NCBI GenBank assembly: GCA_965603825.1
Contig: CBFDEM010000057.1
Coordinates: forward strand, 682,001-746,000
Length of the DNA stretch: 64,000 nucleotides
Reading direction: 5' to 3'
Source: Blepharisma stoltei ATCC 30299
Lineage: Eukaryota; Protista; Ciliophora
Below, in pieces: positions 12,273-23,947 of this stretch (its first letter is position 1; each line of letters opens with the position of its first letter). Both the position numbers and the translations under genes were made by a program. The notes beneath the pieces are model-generated. The model was not told the DNA's origin. It was given only the letters and a program-made list of their open reading frames with translations, and ran no database searches.

Positions 12273-14228
12273 ATGACATTCAAATTAAGTGAAGAATTCA
12301 TTCGCCCCTATAGAGAAATAAAGCCAAAATTCGGGTTTAACGGCCTTGGAGAAATAATTTTCAGAAGGTCCTATTCAAGAATGAAAGACGATAGATCTTA
12401 TGAAAGCTGGTCAGAAGCCTTAGAAAGGGTCGTAAATGGGACCATAAATCTGATGCTCAAAAAGTCTCAAAGCCCCGTTGAAAACCTGACAGAAACCGCC
12501 GAAAAAATGTATGATAAAATGTTCAACTTCAAATTTTTGCCTCCAGGAAGAGGGTTATGGAACATGGGCTCAAAATGCACAGAAGTTGACAATTTTTATA
12601 CAAATTTGAACAACTGTGCTTTTGTTTCTACCAAAGATATAGACAATGGAAACCCAAGCAAGCCTTTTGCTTTTTTAATGGAGGCGTCATTTTTGGGCAT
12701 AGGGGTGGGCTTTGATACTAAGGGGGCAAATAAAATTTCAATTTGTTCACCAAATGGAATTCAGGATTATTCAGTTGAAGATACAAGGGACGGATGGGTA
12801 AGTTCAGTAGCCCTTCTGCTAAACAGCTATTTTAAAGCTGATCAGCCAGAAATCACTTTTAGCTATGAGAATATTCATGATGCTGGAACCCCTGTCAAAG
12901 ATTTTGGAATCTCAAGAGGCTCAGACCCTCTTCAAAATTTGCACTCAAGCATAAGAAATCTGCTAACACCTCAAATCGGCCAAAAAATTACCTCACGGCT
13001 GATAGTAGACATCATGAATTTAATAGGGAAATGTGTGGTAGCTGACAACGTCCGAATGCCAGCAGAAATTGCATTTGGTGAGCCAAATGACCTAGAATTC
13101 CAAGATCTAAAAGACTATGAAAAAAATCCAGAAAGACTCGAATTCGGCTGGAATAGTAACAACTCAATACTAGCTGAGCTCGGAATGGACTATCAAACAA
13201 TTGCAGAAAAAATCATAAAGAATGGAGAGCCAGGCATCGCCTGACTAGAAAACATGCAAAAGTATGGAAGAATGCAAGACGCGCCTAACAACAAAGACAA
13301 GGAAGCCTTGGGTGGGCCTCCTTGTTTAGAGCAAACCTTAGAGTCCTATGAGCTGTGCTGCTTGGTAGAAATTTTTATCAACAACCACAGCTCTCTAGAA
13401 GAATTTTTAGACACGTTAAAATACGCGTTTATTTATGCAAAAACAGTGACTCTTGGGCTTACTCATTGGCCTGATGTAAATGAAGTCATGACCAGAAATA
13501 GAAGAATTGGAACCTCGCTGACTGGAATCGCCCAATTTTTAGGGAGAGAGAGTTTGGGAGCCCTAAAATTGTGGTGCTGTAAAGGGTATCGATATCTGAA
13601 GAGACTTGATAGGCAGCTATCAAGGCTTTTTGGTGTTTCAGATTCGATAAAAATTACAACAGTCAAGCCAAGTGGAACCATTTCTTTATTAGCTGGTGCG
13701 TCTTCGGGGTTGCATTTTCCATTTGCTCACACTTATATAAGAAGGATTCGTATGCAGTTATCAGATACGAACTTGCTTAATAAGCTGCAAGCACAAGGAT
13801 ATCATATAGAGCCAGATTTTATGAACGAAAACGCTATGGTAGTCTCAATTCCAATAAAAGAAAACGAAAACGTGAAGGTTTTAAAAGAAGTCAGCATGTG
13901 GGAGCAGTTAAGTCTGGCTGCCTTTATGCAGTATTATTGGGCTGACAACCAAGTTTCATGTACAGTTACTTTTGATCCAGAAACTGAAGGAAAATTAATT
14001 CCTGACGCTTTGAATTATTTTCAATATAAGCTAAAAGGAATTTGCTTTTTGCCTTCAAGACAAAGTTTGCCTTATCCTCAAATGCCATATGAAGAGATAA
14101 GTGCAGAAAAGTACTTGGAGATGCAAAAAAGCATAAAAAGTGACGTGGAGTATCAACAACTCTCAGAAGAAGTCGAAAGAGCTAGAGTGCCCGTTGCATT
14201 TTGTGACGGCTGCACTGCAGTTGTCTAA
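12273..14228 (+). CDS. nrdJ: class II (adenosylcobalamin-dependent) monomeric ribonucleotide reductase, divergent, 651 aa
   Basis: ORFs join via TGA=Trp at 13242 (NGEPGIA-W-LEN); FLPPGRGLW, LNNCAFVS, GIGVGFD, SNNS, PCLEQTLESYELCCLVE, RRIGTSLTG, TTVKPSGTISLL, WADNQVSCTVTF, YPQMPYEEI, C-terminal FCDGC. Confidence 0.9.
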
Positions 14229-14285
14229 GTATTTATTAATATACATATTTTAATAAAGGTTTCGGTCTTAAATAATCATTTATAA

Positions 14286-15110
14286 ATGGAGCAGTTCAGT
14301 CCACTAAACCAGCCTTATTATTCGCCTATCATCTCTCCTTCAATGCCACTTTCACTTGGTCTAACCTCTGGCTTCAATTTAAGACAAGAGCAAAACAGCC
14401 TCGCAAAATCCCCTTTTATTATTGGCATCTGTGGAGGCTCCTGCTCAGGAAAATCCCTAATAGCTGATACACTTAAGCGAAGTCTTGACTTTTCAGCAAG
14501 TGTCGTCAATGAGTTTGATTTCTATATGCCGACTGAAAATCAGACGCCTGATTATACACACAACTTTGACGATCCAAATGCAATAGACTGGGAGTCGCTT
14601 AAAGCTTGCTTGGAGTCCTTAAATGGTCACAGACCGTTTGACTGTCCTCAGTATAATTTAGAGAAGCAAAAAAAGAAGAAAAAAACCATAAAAATATTCC
14701 CAACACCAGTTGTGATTATTGAAGGACTGTTTTTGTTTTGCAAGCCAGAAATCAGAGAACTAATTGATATGAAGATTTTTGTGGATTGTCCTGATGATGT
14801 CAGATTAGGACATAGGGTCAGAAAATTTATTGGGAGAGGACTTTATACTTTACAATTTATTACTGATTATTATCAAAAATACACAAAGCCAGCTTTTGAG
14901 CAATATATTGAGCCGAGCAAGGTGCATGCAGATTTGATTATCCCTAATTTTGGGATATTTAATAACAGCAAAGATGTAGAATCTATGGTGTCGCATATTG
15001 CAAATGCGATTTATGGAAGGCAACCACCTACTGAGCTGATCAATAGATTGAGATATGCTCCAATGAGAATTGCTTTTAGAGGAAAAGAGCCTACACTTTT
15101 AGATATATAA
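14286..15110 (+). CDS. uridine/cytidine kinase family protein
   Basis: IIGICGGSCSGKS P-loop, HNFDDPNAIDW, VVIIEGLF, KIFVD..DVRL, KPAFEQYIEPSK.HADLIIP. Confidence 0.88.
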   Translation: MEQFSPLNQPYYSPIISPSMPLSLGLTSGFNLRQEQNSLAKSPFIIGICGGSCSGKSLIADTLKRSLDFSASVVNEFDFYMPTENQTPDYTHNFDDPNAIDWESLKACLESLNGHRPFDCPQYNLEKQKKKKKTIKIFPTPVVIIEGLFLFCKPEIRELIDMKIFVDCPDDVRLGHRVRKFIGRGLYTLQFITDYYQKYTKPAFEQYIEPSKVHADLIIPNFGIFNNSKDVESMVSHIANAIYGRQPPTELINRLRYAPMRIAFRGKEPTLLDI

Positions 15111-15249
15111 GTAAATCTAATTGAATTAAGTATTTGTAATAAATGATTAGAGGGGATTGCCCGTTTTAAGTATATTAGCATCTAGCTTTAAGAATTTAAA
15201 AGTTTTGCTTTTTTGCAATTTATTACAGAAGGACAATGAAATCTTAAAA

Positions 15250-15885
15250 CTATTTATAATTATCCTTAGAAAAAGACAAGTTTTGGTTTTTCAACTGATA
15301 TTCTTTATCAGGAGAAAAGTTTCTCAGCTTTAAACTTGGTGTAAAGCTTCTTTTGGACATTGGAGTTGTACTTCTTACTCGATCTATATATCTAAAATCT
15401 TCACTAATTTCATTTATTATACTGTTCCTTTTAGTTTTTAGGCGACCAAAATCCTCTTCAACTTTTTCTGATACAGGATCAATATTTTGAACCCCGCATT
15501 TGCACTGTAGTCGTCTGCAGATTTTACATTTATATCCTAACGATTTTACATCAATAAATTTCTTATATAAAGAATGTCTAAATAAAGGGACTTCAATTTT
15601 CGTTTTAGGATATGGACTGATTGATTTGTTTTGTCTTGATTTTAAGCGAAACCTTTTAGCTGGCTTTGTAAGTAATTTATTTTGATTTTCCCCAATTTTG
15701 GGGAATTTAGATTGTCTATGATACATTTTAGGAAAATTATTGTTAGCTCGAGCTCTTGGAGAAAAGTCAGAAATGCAATCACTCGCAGGTTTATAAAGTG
15801 AAGCAAGGTTGAAAATAAAGTTACTGTTTAAAAGCATAACACTTTTGGCTTGAAAATCAGAAAAAAAATCGTCTTGATAATCCAT
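15250..15885 (-). CDS. hypothetical basic protein
   Basis: 211-aa ORF ending TAA; K/R/S-rich with CKICRRLQCKC. Confidence 0.7.
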   Translation of the reverse strand: MDYQDDFFSDFQAKSVMLLNSNFIFNLASLYKPASDCISDFSPRARANNNFPKMYHRQSKFPKIGENQNKLLTKPAKRFRLKSRQNKSISPYPKTKIEVPLFRHSLYKKFIDVKSLGYKCKICRRLQCKCGVQNIDPVSEKVEEDFGRLKTKRNSIINEISEDFRYIDRVRSTTPMSKRSFTPSLKLRNFSPDKEYQLKNQNLSFSKDNYK

Positions 15886-16272
15886 TGACTTTTTTATTGT
15901 AATTTATTTGAACATTTTTAATGTTTTTATGCTAAATCAGTTATTATCAATTGATAATTTTTATTCTTAAAAGTTTGCATTTATATGATTCTATTTTTTA
16001 TATAAATTATAAAATTCCGACCCTAAAAATCGTAAACTTATAAATATCTAGAAATATATTTCAGGGCTTCTTTATTAATTTGACATAAATTAACAATTAA
16101 AAGATAATGCATTTAATTAAATTTTGACTCAATAAATTTCTTCAAAACGTGGCTGAGGGACAAACTTTCCCTTTACCTAAAAAAGTTCTATGCTAAATAA
16201 TTGATTAAAAAAATGATTAACCTTGGTTGATAACTAATGAAAAAGCAAATAACATGCTAATTAATAATTTGA

Positions 16273-17805
16273 ATGGGCTGTACAAAAAGCCGACCTCACG
16301 ATGTCATTGTTCCTGTCCGCGCAGGATTATCAAATCCTAAACTCGAAGATAAAAGACATAAAGATGAAACTCTAGCAGAAAATTCATTTAAATCCCCTAC
16401 AAACGCTGAGAATATTCAAAATGAAAAAAAAATATTTAGCGATGGTGAAAGTTTTACCGATATTTATGATACTTTTGATATAATAGCTACATTTCCTTAT
16501 GCAGAATATAGAAAATGTGTCCATAAGCACACCGGCCTGATTAGGTCTGTTAAAATCGTCCCAATTCCAAAAGGCAACAAAAGCTATGTTGATGAAAAAA
16601 GCTTAAAGCGCGAAGTAAAAGCGTTATCCAAGCTAGACCATCCCAATATACTGAAAACCTATGATATTTTAGCTGACGACAATAAATTTTATATTGTCAT
16701 GGAATACTGGGATGGCGGACTTTTACTTGACAAATTACAAGAACGAAAATTTTTAACTGAAGCCCAGGTTAGCTCTATTGTAGAGCAATTGCTTTCTGCT
16801 GTTGCATATGCTCATAGCCATAAAGTGCTGCATAGAGACCTTTCTCCAAACTCAATTTGCCTTATGAACAAAGGAAACGATTTAATAATAAAAATCATAG
16901 ATTTCGGGGTTTCAGCCTTTGTGGACTTAAATTTGCAGTATCAGGGAAAGCTTGGAAATTCATTTTTTATAGCACCAGAAGTGTCTGATGATTTTTATAA
17001 CGAAAAATGTGATATTTGAAGCATAGGCTGCATCATGCATTTACTGCTTGTTGGAAAGCCTCCATTTGGTAACAACACAGAAAAAGAGCTGAAATTAAGT
17101 GTTAAACAAAATTCCTTAGACATCTCCTCGTTAGAGAATTTAACTATATCTGAAGAAGCCATAATTTTACTTAAAAACCTCCTAAATAAAGATTTTACAA
17201 CAAGAATAAGTGCTATAGAAGCCTTGCAAAGCTCTTGAATAAAAAAACCCAAAGAAAATTCCAAAGTAAACTCGGCTGCTATACAAAAGTCTATGGAAAA
17301 TTTAATCTCTTATCACTGTTCATCAAAGCTAAAAGATGGGATCCAGACTTTTATTGCTTCTCAAATAATGACCCATGAAGATACAGAAAACCTATTAAAG
17401 TCTTTTAAAAATATTGATAAAAACAGTGATGGAAAAATAAGCAGCCCAGAGCTTTGTAGATTTTATTCTACAGTAATGGGAGATGGAATTGGAAGAGAAA
17501 TTGCTAAAGATGTCATAAAAAATGTAGATACTGATAGAGATGGCTATCTGGAGTATACTGAATTTATAAGGGCAAGTGCTGAAAGGAGGATTTTACTATC
17601 CAAACAAAATCTAGAAGCTACATTCACAATGCTCGATAGAGACGCCAGCGGTAAAATTTCTGTATCTGAGCTCCAAGAAATTCTTGAAGACACGATCCTT
17701 ATCCAAAATCAAGCATGACAAGAAATTATTAAAGAAGCCGACCAAAATCTTGATGGCGAAATCGACATAAAAGAGTTTTACACCCTACTAATCAATAAAT
17801 TTTAA
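16273..17805 (+). CDS. calcium-dependent protein kinase (kinase plus four EF-hands), atypical catalytic motifs
   Basis: Three TGA=Trp join the ORFs (KCDI-W-SIG; SS-W-IKK; QA-W-QEI); HRD, DFG, APE; EF-hands DKNSDGKIS, DTDRDGYLE, DRDASGKIS, DQNLDGEID; stop TAA 17803-17805. Confidence 0.88.
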
Positions 17806-17825
17806 ACCATTTTTATCAATAAATT

Positions 17826-20800
17826 TTAGCTAATTTCGCTTTCCACAAATTCAGTAATATTGAAGCCTTCTGTTTCCTTGCTCGTTTTCTCTTCTTTCTT
17901 TTCTTTCTGTGGTTTCTTAGGTCTTTTGTTCATCCCAATAAACATTTTGGTATGGCTCACATGGTCAAATTCATTGTCGTCAAGTAAAAGTTCAGTCAGT
18001 TCTGATGGTCTGAAAATGTCAGCTTTAAAAGCTCCTCCTGCATAAACTGTTGTCTGGACTGTTTGTTTTTGTTTTGCCCTTTTCAGGATTTTTTCTTCAA
18101 CTGTATGAGATGTGATAAGCCTATACACGTCGACTGGCTTAGTCTGGCCAATTCTATGGACTCTGTCAGTAGCTTGAGCGTCCATGGTAGGGTTCCAATC
18201 AATATCATAAAAAATCACAGTGTCAGCGGCTGTTAAATTTACACCTAGACCTCCTGCTCTTGTTGAAAGAATAAATGCGAAAACTTCAGTGCTGCTTTGG
18301 AAATCGTCAATTAAGTCTCTACGCTCAGCAATATTTGTAGACCCGTCTAGTCTTAAAAAGGAGTATTTCCTGAAATATAAAAAGTCTTCTAAAATGTCAA
18401 GCATTTTGGTCATTTGGCAGAAAATTAATACTCTGTGGTTTTCGTCGTAAAGCTTTTTGAGAAGTCTGTCGAGAATTTTTAGCTTGGCACTGTCGTGAAG
18501 AAGCTTTTCAATGCTTGGCAAATCGACGTAACAAGGGGTGGGAGCATTGAAACAGTAAGAAAATGGTATGTCTATGTTTTGGCCTTGGCACTCATAAAAA
18601 AAGCTTGGTTTGAATTGGTTTCCGAGTAAATTTTTTTTAAGGGCAGGAGACTGCTTGAGATATTGCCAATTCAGCTTGAAGTGTATTGTGGAACAAGAAA
18701 ATTCAATAGGAGCAGCTACAGCTACAGGTGTTACTAAGTTTACCAAAATTCTGGGAATGATATCATCAGAGATTTTCAAGGGCGCTTTCTTATTCCTATA
18801 AACCAGCAGCGGCAGCTTAGCTTCTTCATACTTAATAAGCCTTGAATACCGTTTAATATAATGCAGCGCTATAATCCCTCTTATCAGCTGAGGCGATTCA
18901 ATAATTTTGATCCCTTCATTATAGCTCATCCCTAAAAGCTTGAAAAACCAAAAATACTCCGTATCAAAAATGCTTGGCAATTTTTTATTTTCCAAATACA
19001 GTTCATTGTAAACTATCCTTGGGATATTGAAATTTATTGGGTTTTTATTTCCAATCCTCACCTCAGTAAGCTGATTAAACCCTGGTTTAGGCTGGCAATT
19101 CTGCAGCAGAGGGTCTTTAAAAGTAATTGGTGTATGTTCCGGCCTTCTCTCAAACAGATCAGGATGATTGCAAACCTTTCTAAACTGCATCATTAAATTC
19201 ATCAAATTTTCCACCTTAGTCTTGCTATCAGCCATTGAGAACAGCTCACTAATATTCAACTTCCTTTTAATCATACTATAAAGCATTTTCTGCCTATTTG
19301 TCAGTTCACAAAAATACTCATGCTCTGTTTTCTTGCCAATTTCGCTTTCCACATCTTTTTTTACTCTTCTAAGCATAAATGGCTTCAATATTGCATGCAG
19401 CCTCTGAAGCTGCTGCTGATTTAAAGCTCCTGCATCTTGTGAGTGAGCCTCAATGTCTTTTGAAAACCACTCTTCAAAGTGCTCGTGGGAGTCAAAAAGC
19501 TTTGGCATAATAAAATGCAATAAAGCCCACAGTTCTGCCATAGAGTTTTGTATAGGCGTCCCTGTCAATAATAGCTTATTTCTAGCATTAAATCCTAATA
19601 AAACGTTCCACCGCTGAGTGGCTGTATTTTTTATAGCATGAGCTTCGTCAAGAATCATATATTTTCACATGACTTTTTGGAAGTTTTTTTCATCTGCAAG
19701 GACAAGCTGATAAGAAGTAACGCAGACGTGGAATGAAGAGTCGTCGTTGCCTAGCTTTTTGTTTTGCATGTAACGGCGAAGGGATTTTCGCTCTTTCATC
19801 TGTCCCCAGTAAGGAAGAGTTTTTAAGGTTGGGCAAAATTTGTTAAGCTCGGCTAGTCAGTTGTGGAGGGTTGAGGCTGGGCATACGATGAGGAATGGCC
19901 CCCAGATATTTTTATTGTAGGCAAGATGGGCAAGTAAAGCGATTGTTTGGATGGTTTTCCCAAGACCCATTTCATCAGCTAAAATCCCATTTATTCCTTG
20001 ATCGTAAAGGTTGTCAAGCCATCTGAGTCCTTTCATTTGGTAATCTTTGAGGTCTCCAGTAAAAATAGGTGGGGTCTCTTCAATTCTTGAAAAAATTTTT
20101 GTTTCGTCAACCCTGTCAAGCCCTGTCAGCCCTACATCTTTTAGGTCTTCATTATTCATATTTGAGGTATCCCCAAACTGCTTTAAATGGTCTCTATGCT
20201 CTTTTATCATAGTTTTCACGCTTTCTCTTGCTTGGTCTTCATCTACTCCAATGCTTGATACATGTGTAGTTGCAGTCGGCATAATTCCTAGCTTCTGAGC
20301 CATAAAAATCGCATAAATGTCTGACTGTCTCATGATATATTCTAATTTTTTCCTCTGTCTAAGCGACTCTTCCTCTTCTTCTCTTTTTTTCCTGGTCTCA
20401 TTTTCTTCTCTTTCCCTTTTTCTCCTCATATCTGCAGTTTCCCTTTCTTTTCTTTTTCAATAACTCACCATTTCTCTTTGAAGCCTTTTGGCTCTGACTG
20501 GCGCTTCTTTAGCTTCTCTTTGCATTTTCCCCGCCTTTTTGGCGACTTCTTTAGAACAAAGCTGGCTAATTCTTTTGCAATTGTTCCTTAGGTCTCCTCT
20601 TTGTTTCTGCATGCCTTTAAAAGCTTTTGGGAGATCTCGCTTAATGAGAAAGCTTAAGGCTTTTTTGATCAAAATGCTTTCTACTTTTTCTGATACGCTT
20701 TTACTTGTACTGCGGGGCTTTTGCACCTTAGTTGGTGCGCGTGGGAACTCTTTTGATGCGGTGATTTTGCGAATTGATGTGTTGTGAATCTTTAACGCTG

Positions 20801-21380
20801 AGGTAGGCTTCACTCGGGCAAGAAGCGCGCTTAGCTGTTCTGGTCGGAAACTTTCAAAGCTGAAGCTTAGCTTAGGTAATTTATTTGGGTCAAGTTGGTA
20901 TTTTTTGATGGCCATAATGTCACTTCGGCGCAAGCCCAAATACCTTTCTTGATCCAGTGAAAAATCTTGTTCATATGCTTTCTTGAGCAGATTTTCTTCT
21001 TCTGCCCTTTCTTCTTCTTCAGTTTCTGAGAGCTCACATACCTTTTTTAAATAATGTTCAATCTTGTGGGCCCGATTGTTCAGCTTGAGGGCTTTGTATG
21101 GGAACATTCCGTCTTCGCATGGGCTTTCTTTAGAAGAATTCAGTATTCCTCTCACCTCCAGCTCGTAGCGCTGGCGCTTCTGAGGAAGAAGAGGGGTGCC
21201 GATGGTAGAAAGAGATGGGAGACTTAGGAGAGGAGACTGAAGATGGGTCTCTAAAGACACTATGGGCTGAGATTGATCCTCAAATGTCGTAAACTCTACT
21301 GATCTCTGTATGAATCTTACCTCTGAGGTGTTTCTGAGCAGATACGCAAGCATCGATAAATCACGTCCACTGGTCGACAT
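17826..21380 (-). CDS. INO80: INO80 chromatin-remodelling ATPase (SNF2 family)
   Basis: Joined via TGA=Trp; DBINO-like region ([13 protein letters not shown]...[16 protein letters not shown]), [17 protein letters not shown], split helicase with insertion, [11 protein letters not shown]; possible in-frame 15-nt intron at 21306-21320. Confidence 0.92.
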
Positions 21381-22366
21381 ATTTCGTGCAAGATTCGTCT
21401 GTGATGGCTTCCATCTTTCGGAAGGGGTTCTACTTAGGCATTAACGAAGATAATTAAATTTTAAAATATTGACACTTTATATGGAAAGAAAAAATTATAT
21501 TTGAAGATATATAGGGATTTTTTGCCTTGGATAAAAAGAATTTTGGCTTAAAATTGGTAAAATGGTTTTAATATGTGGAGAAAGGATAAGAAATTTGAGT
21601 AAACACTATACAAATAATTATGAATTCAAATATACTGGTTTTCGGTTCATTTAATTGAAAGCTATTTATAGGGTGGGGAAATTTTTAAAAATGTTGCTTC
21701 TTCAGTATGAAGTTAATTTTAAAAGAAGGGTTTGGATAATTAATTTAATTAAAATTGTGAATAAATCAGTCTTAAATTTAATATATCCATACTAAACTTT
21801 GTGTAATTTAGAAATTTTTCAAATATATATTATAAAAAGAAAATACAGGGTGGAATTTATTTTTATAATAAATATTTGTAAACTCTATTATAAGCTTTTA
21901 TAATAAATAATTTATTATATAATAACCTCCCAAAAAGAGTCACAAAACAAGTAAATTGATATAATAAAAATACTTAAAATTTATATAATCTTTGCTCTTA
22001 ATTATATCAAAAATAAATTTAAAGTAGTACACTGTCCATCGTAATTGTTTGCATTTCCCATGATCTTAATAATCTTTATTTACTTCACAATAAATTTAAA
22101 AATTTTATTTTATGTATAAAAATTACAAAATAATTTCGAGATTTCATAATTTCCATATTTTCCGCATCTTATATTCACTATATATTTCAAAATTATTTAT
22201 TATCTAATCTCCATCCTTTATTCTTTTATTCACCATTTGGCCTTTACTACTCAATTAATCATTTTATCCATATTTAAGTCCAATTTTTTCAATCCATTCA
22301 CTAAAGTATCCCAAAAATCAACTAAGATCTCATTTTATTCCAAAGCTTCATTTATTTTATAATTTT

Positions 22367-23803
22367 ATGGGAAATTGGTGTATAAATGCGTCGCAAAAAA
22401 TCCAAAGCATTTCAGGTAAGTTTCATTTAGACCTGCAGTATTTCAACTCAGTGTCTCTCAAAGTAGCCGATCGCGATCACGTCGGGCACATTACTGGAGA
22501 AAGCCAATGCTTTGTTCACCTTCCAGGTCCAATCCATCAGCAAAGTCTTCTTACTACTGTTTATAAATTACCTTTAAGAATATGTGGTAGCGTTCTCCCA
22601 AGTCTAAATCATCTCGATGGCAAGGCAAGTCCTTCGCTAGACACCTATGCAATCCTTTCCAAAAATGGTTGCCTCTTCTGCATCCTTTTTGATGGGCACG
22701 GAACAGAAGGTGGCAAAATCATTGCTTTTTGCAAAAAGTTTATGCTTGACTTTTTCTCAGAAAATTTCCAGAAGTTTGAAGAATCACCTAAAGAGACCAT
22801 TATTGAGATGGTGCATCAGTGTGATGAAAAATTAAGCCAAAGCGGGATCAGCTGCTCACTGTCTGGATGTACAGCAGTTGTGCTTGTTATGAACAAAGAA
22901 GGGATCCATGTAGGGAGTGTAGGCCACCCACAAGCAGTTTTAGCGAGTTTACCTAGTGACGACTCGCCTACACAAAATGATGAAGCATCTATAGAAATAG
23001 GTGATGAAATTGAGGCGACCCAGTATATCAGAAGTATAGAGCCATCAAGGATTTTAGCACCTATTGCATTGACGCTGAAGCAGAAGCCAAATCATGAAAT
23101 AGAATTTAAAAGAATAACTGAAGCTGGAGGAATCGTGGAAAGAATGGTAGATGATTTAGGACAGCCTATTGGGCCATATAGAGTTTGGTTGAACCCAGGA
23201 AACCTGCCTGGATTAACAACTTCAAGGACTATTGGTGATGCTCTTGCTAAAGAAATTGGTGTAATCTCTACACCAATCTGCAACTCTTTCAAAATTTATA
23301 CCGGAGCTGACCAGTTTATTGTAATTGCCAGCAATGGAATTTGAGATGTCATGGACCAAACTGAAGTCATCAATTTTGTTGAAAAATTCAGGACATCTTG
23401 CAAAGGGAAGTCAGCTGATTATCCAGCTAACGCTACAAACTCGTCAATTGCAAGACTATTGTGCGAAGAAGCGAGATATAGGTGATTTGGGATCGTGGAA
23501 AAACAAAATGCGATGATTGATGATATTTCATGTATAATTATTGAGTTAAGTAATGTAGTCCCAACAATGCCAACAGGAGAGTCTGCAAAGGTGACAGCTT
23601 CAAGAGCACTAGAGCCTTGGAAAACAATTGCTATTGATAGTGAAGTTTATGTGGCCAATAAACATGCGATAAGAAATGACCCTGCGAGAGGAAGTATGAC
23701 GACTGGAGAAATCCATAACGAAATTATTGAAGCTGCCATGGAAATTATTAGAGAAAAAGAAGAAGAGGGAGAATCAAATCAAAACGCGTTGGAGCTACTT
23801 TAA
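22367..23803 (+). CDS. PP2C-family protein with degenerate metal-binding motifs (probable pseudophosphatase)
   Basis: Joined via TGA=Trp; LFDGHG and DDISC retained, but GHPQA replaces GDSRA and ASNGIWD replaces ASDGVWD. Confidence 0.82.
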
Positions 23804-23947
23804 AGCTATTAAAAATAATCTGACTAGTTCAGGTTCATTAGTCTCTTTATTATATTAAATATCCTCTATTTCATAATAATTAGGGCTAATTTTGCTATTG
23901 TGACTGTCTAATTTAATGCATTTGTTTAAATTAAATTTAAAATAAAC

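Noticed and set aside
12273-15110. nrdJ and uridine kinase as bacterial or phage contamination
   Set aside because: nrdJ uses TGA=Trp, has host-like composition and short spacers, and is contiguous with eukaryotic genes.
21306-21320. Candidate INO80 intron GTAAGATTCATACAG (minus strand)
   Set aside because: It fits the consensus but is in frame and stop-free, so it cannot be confirmed without RNA data.
21443-22366. Long AT-rich spacer as a retained IES or transposon
   Set aside because: No terminal repeats or coding relic seen; the strand skew fits a divergent promoter region between INO80 and the PP2C-like gene.
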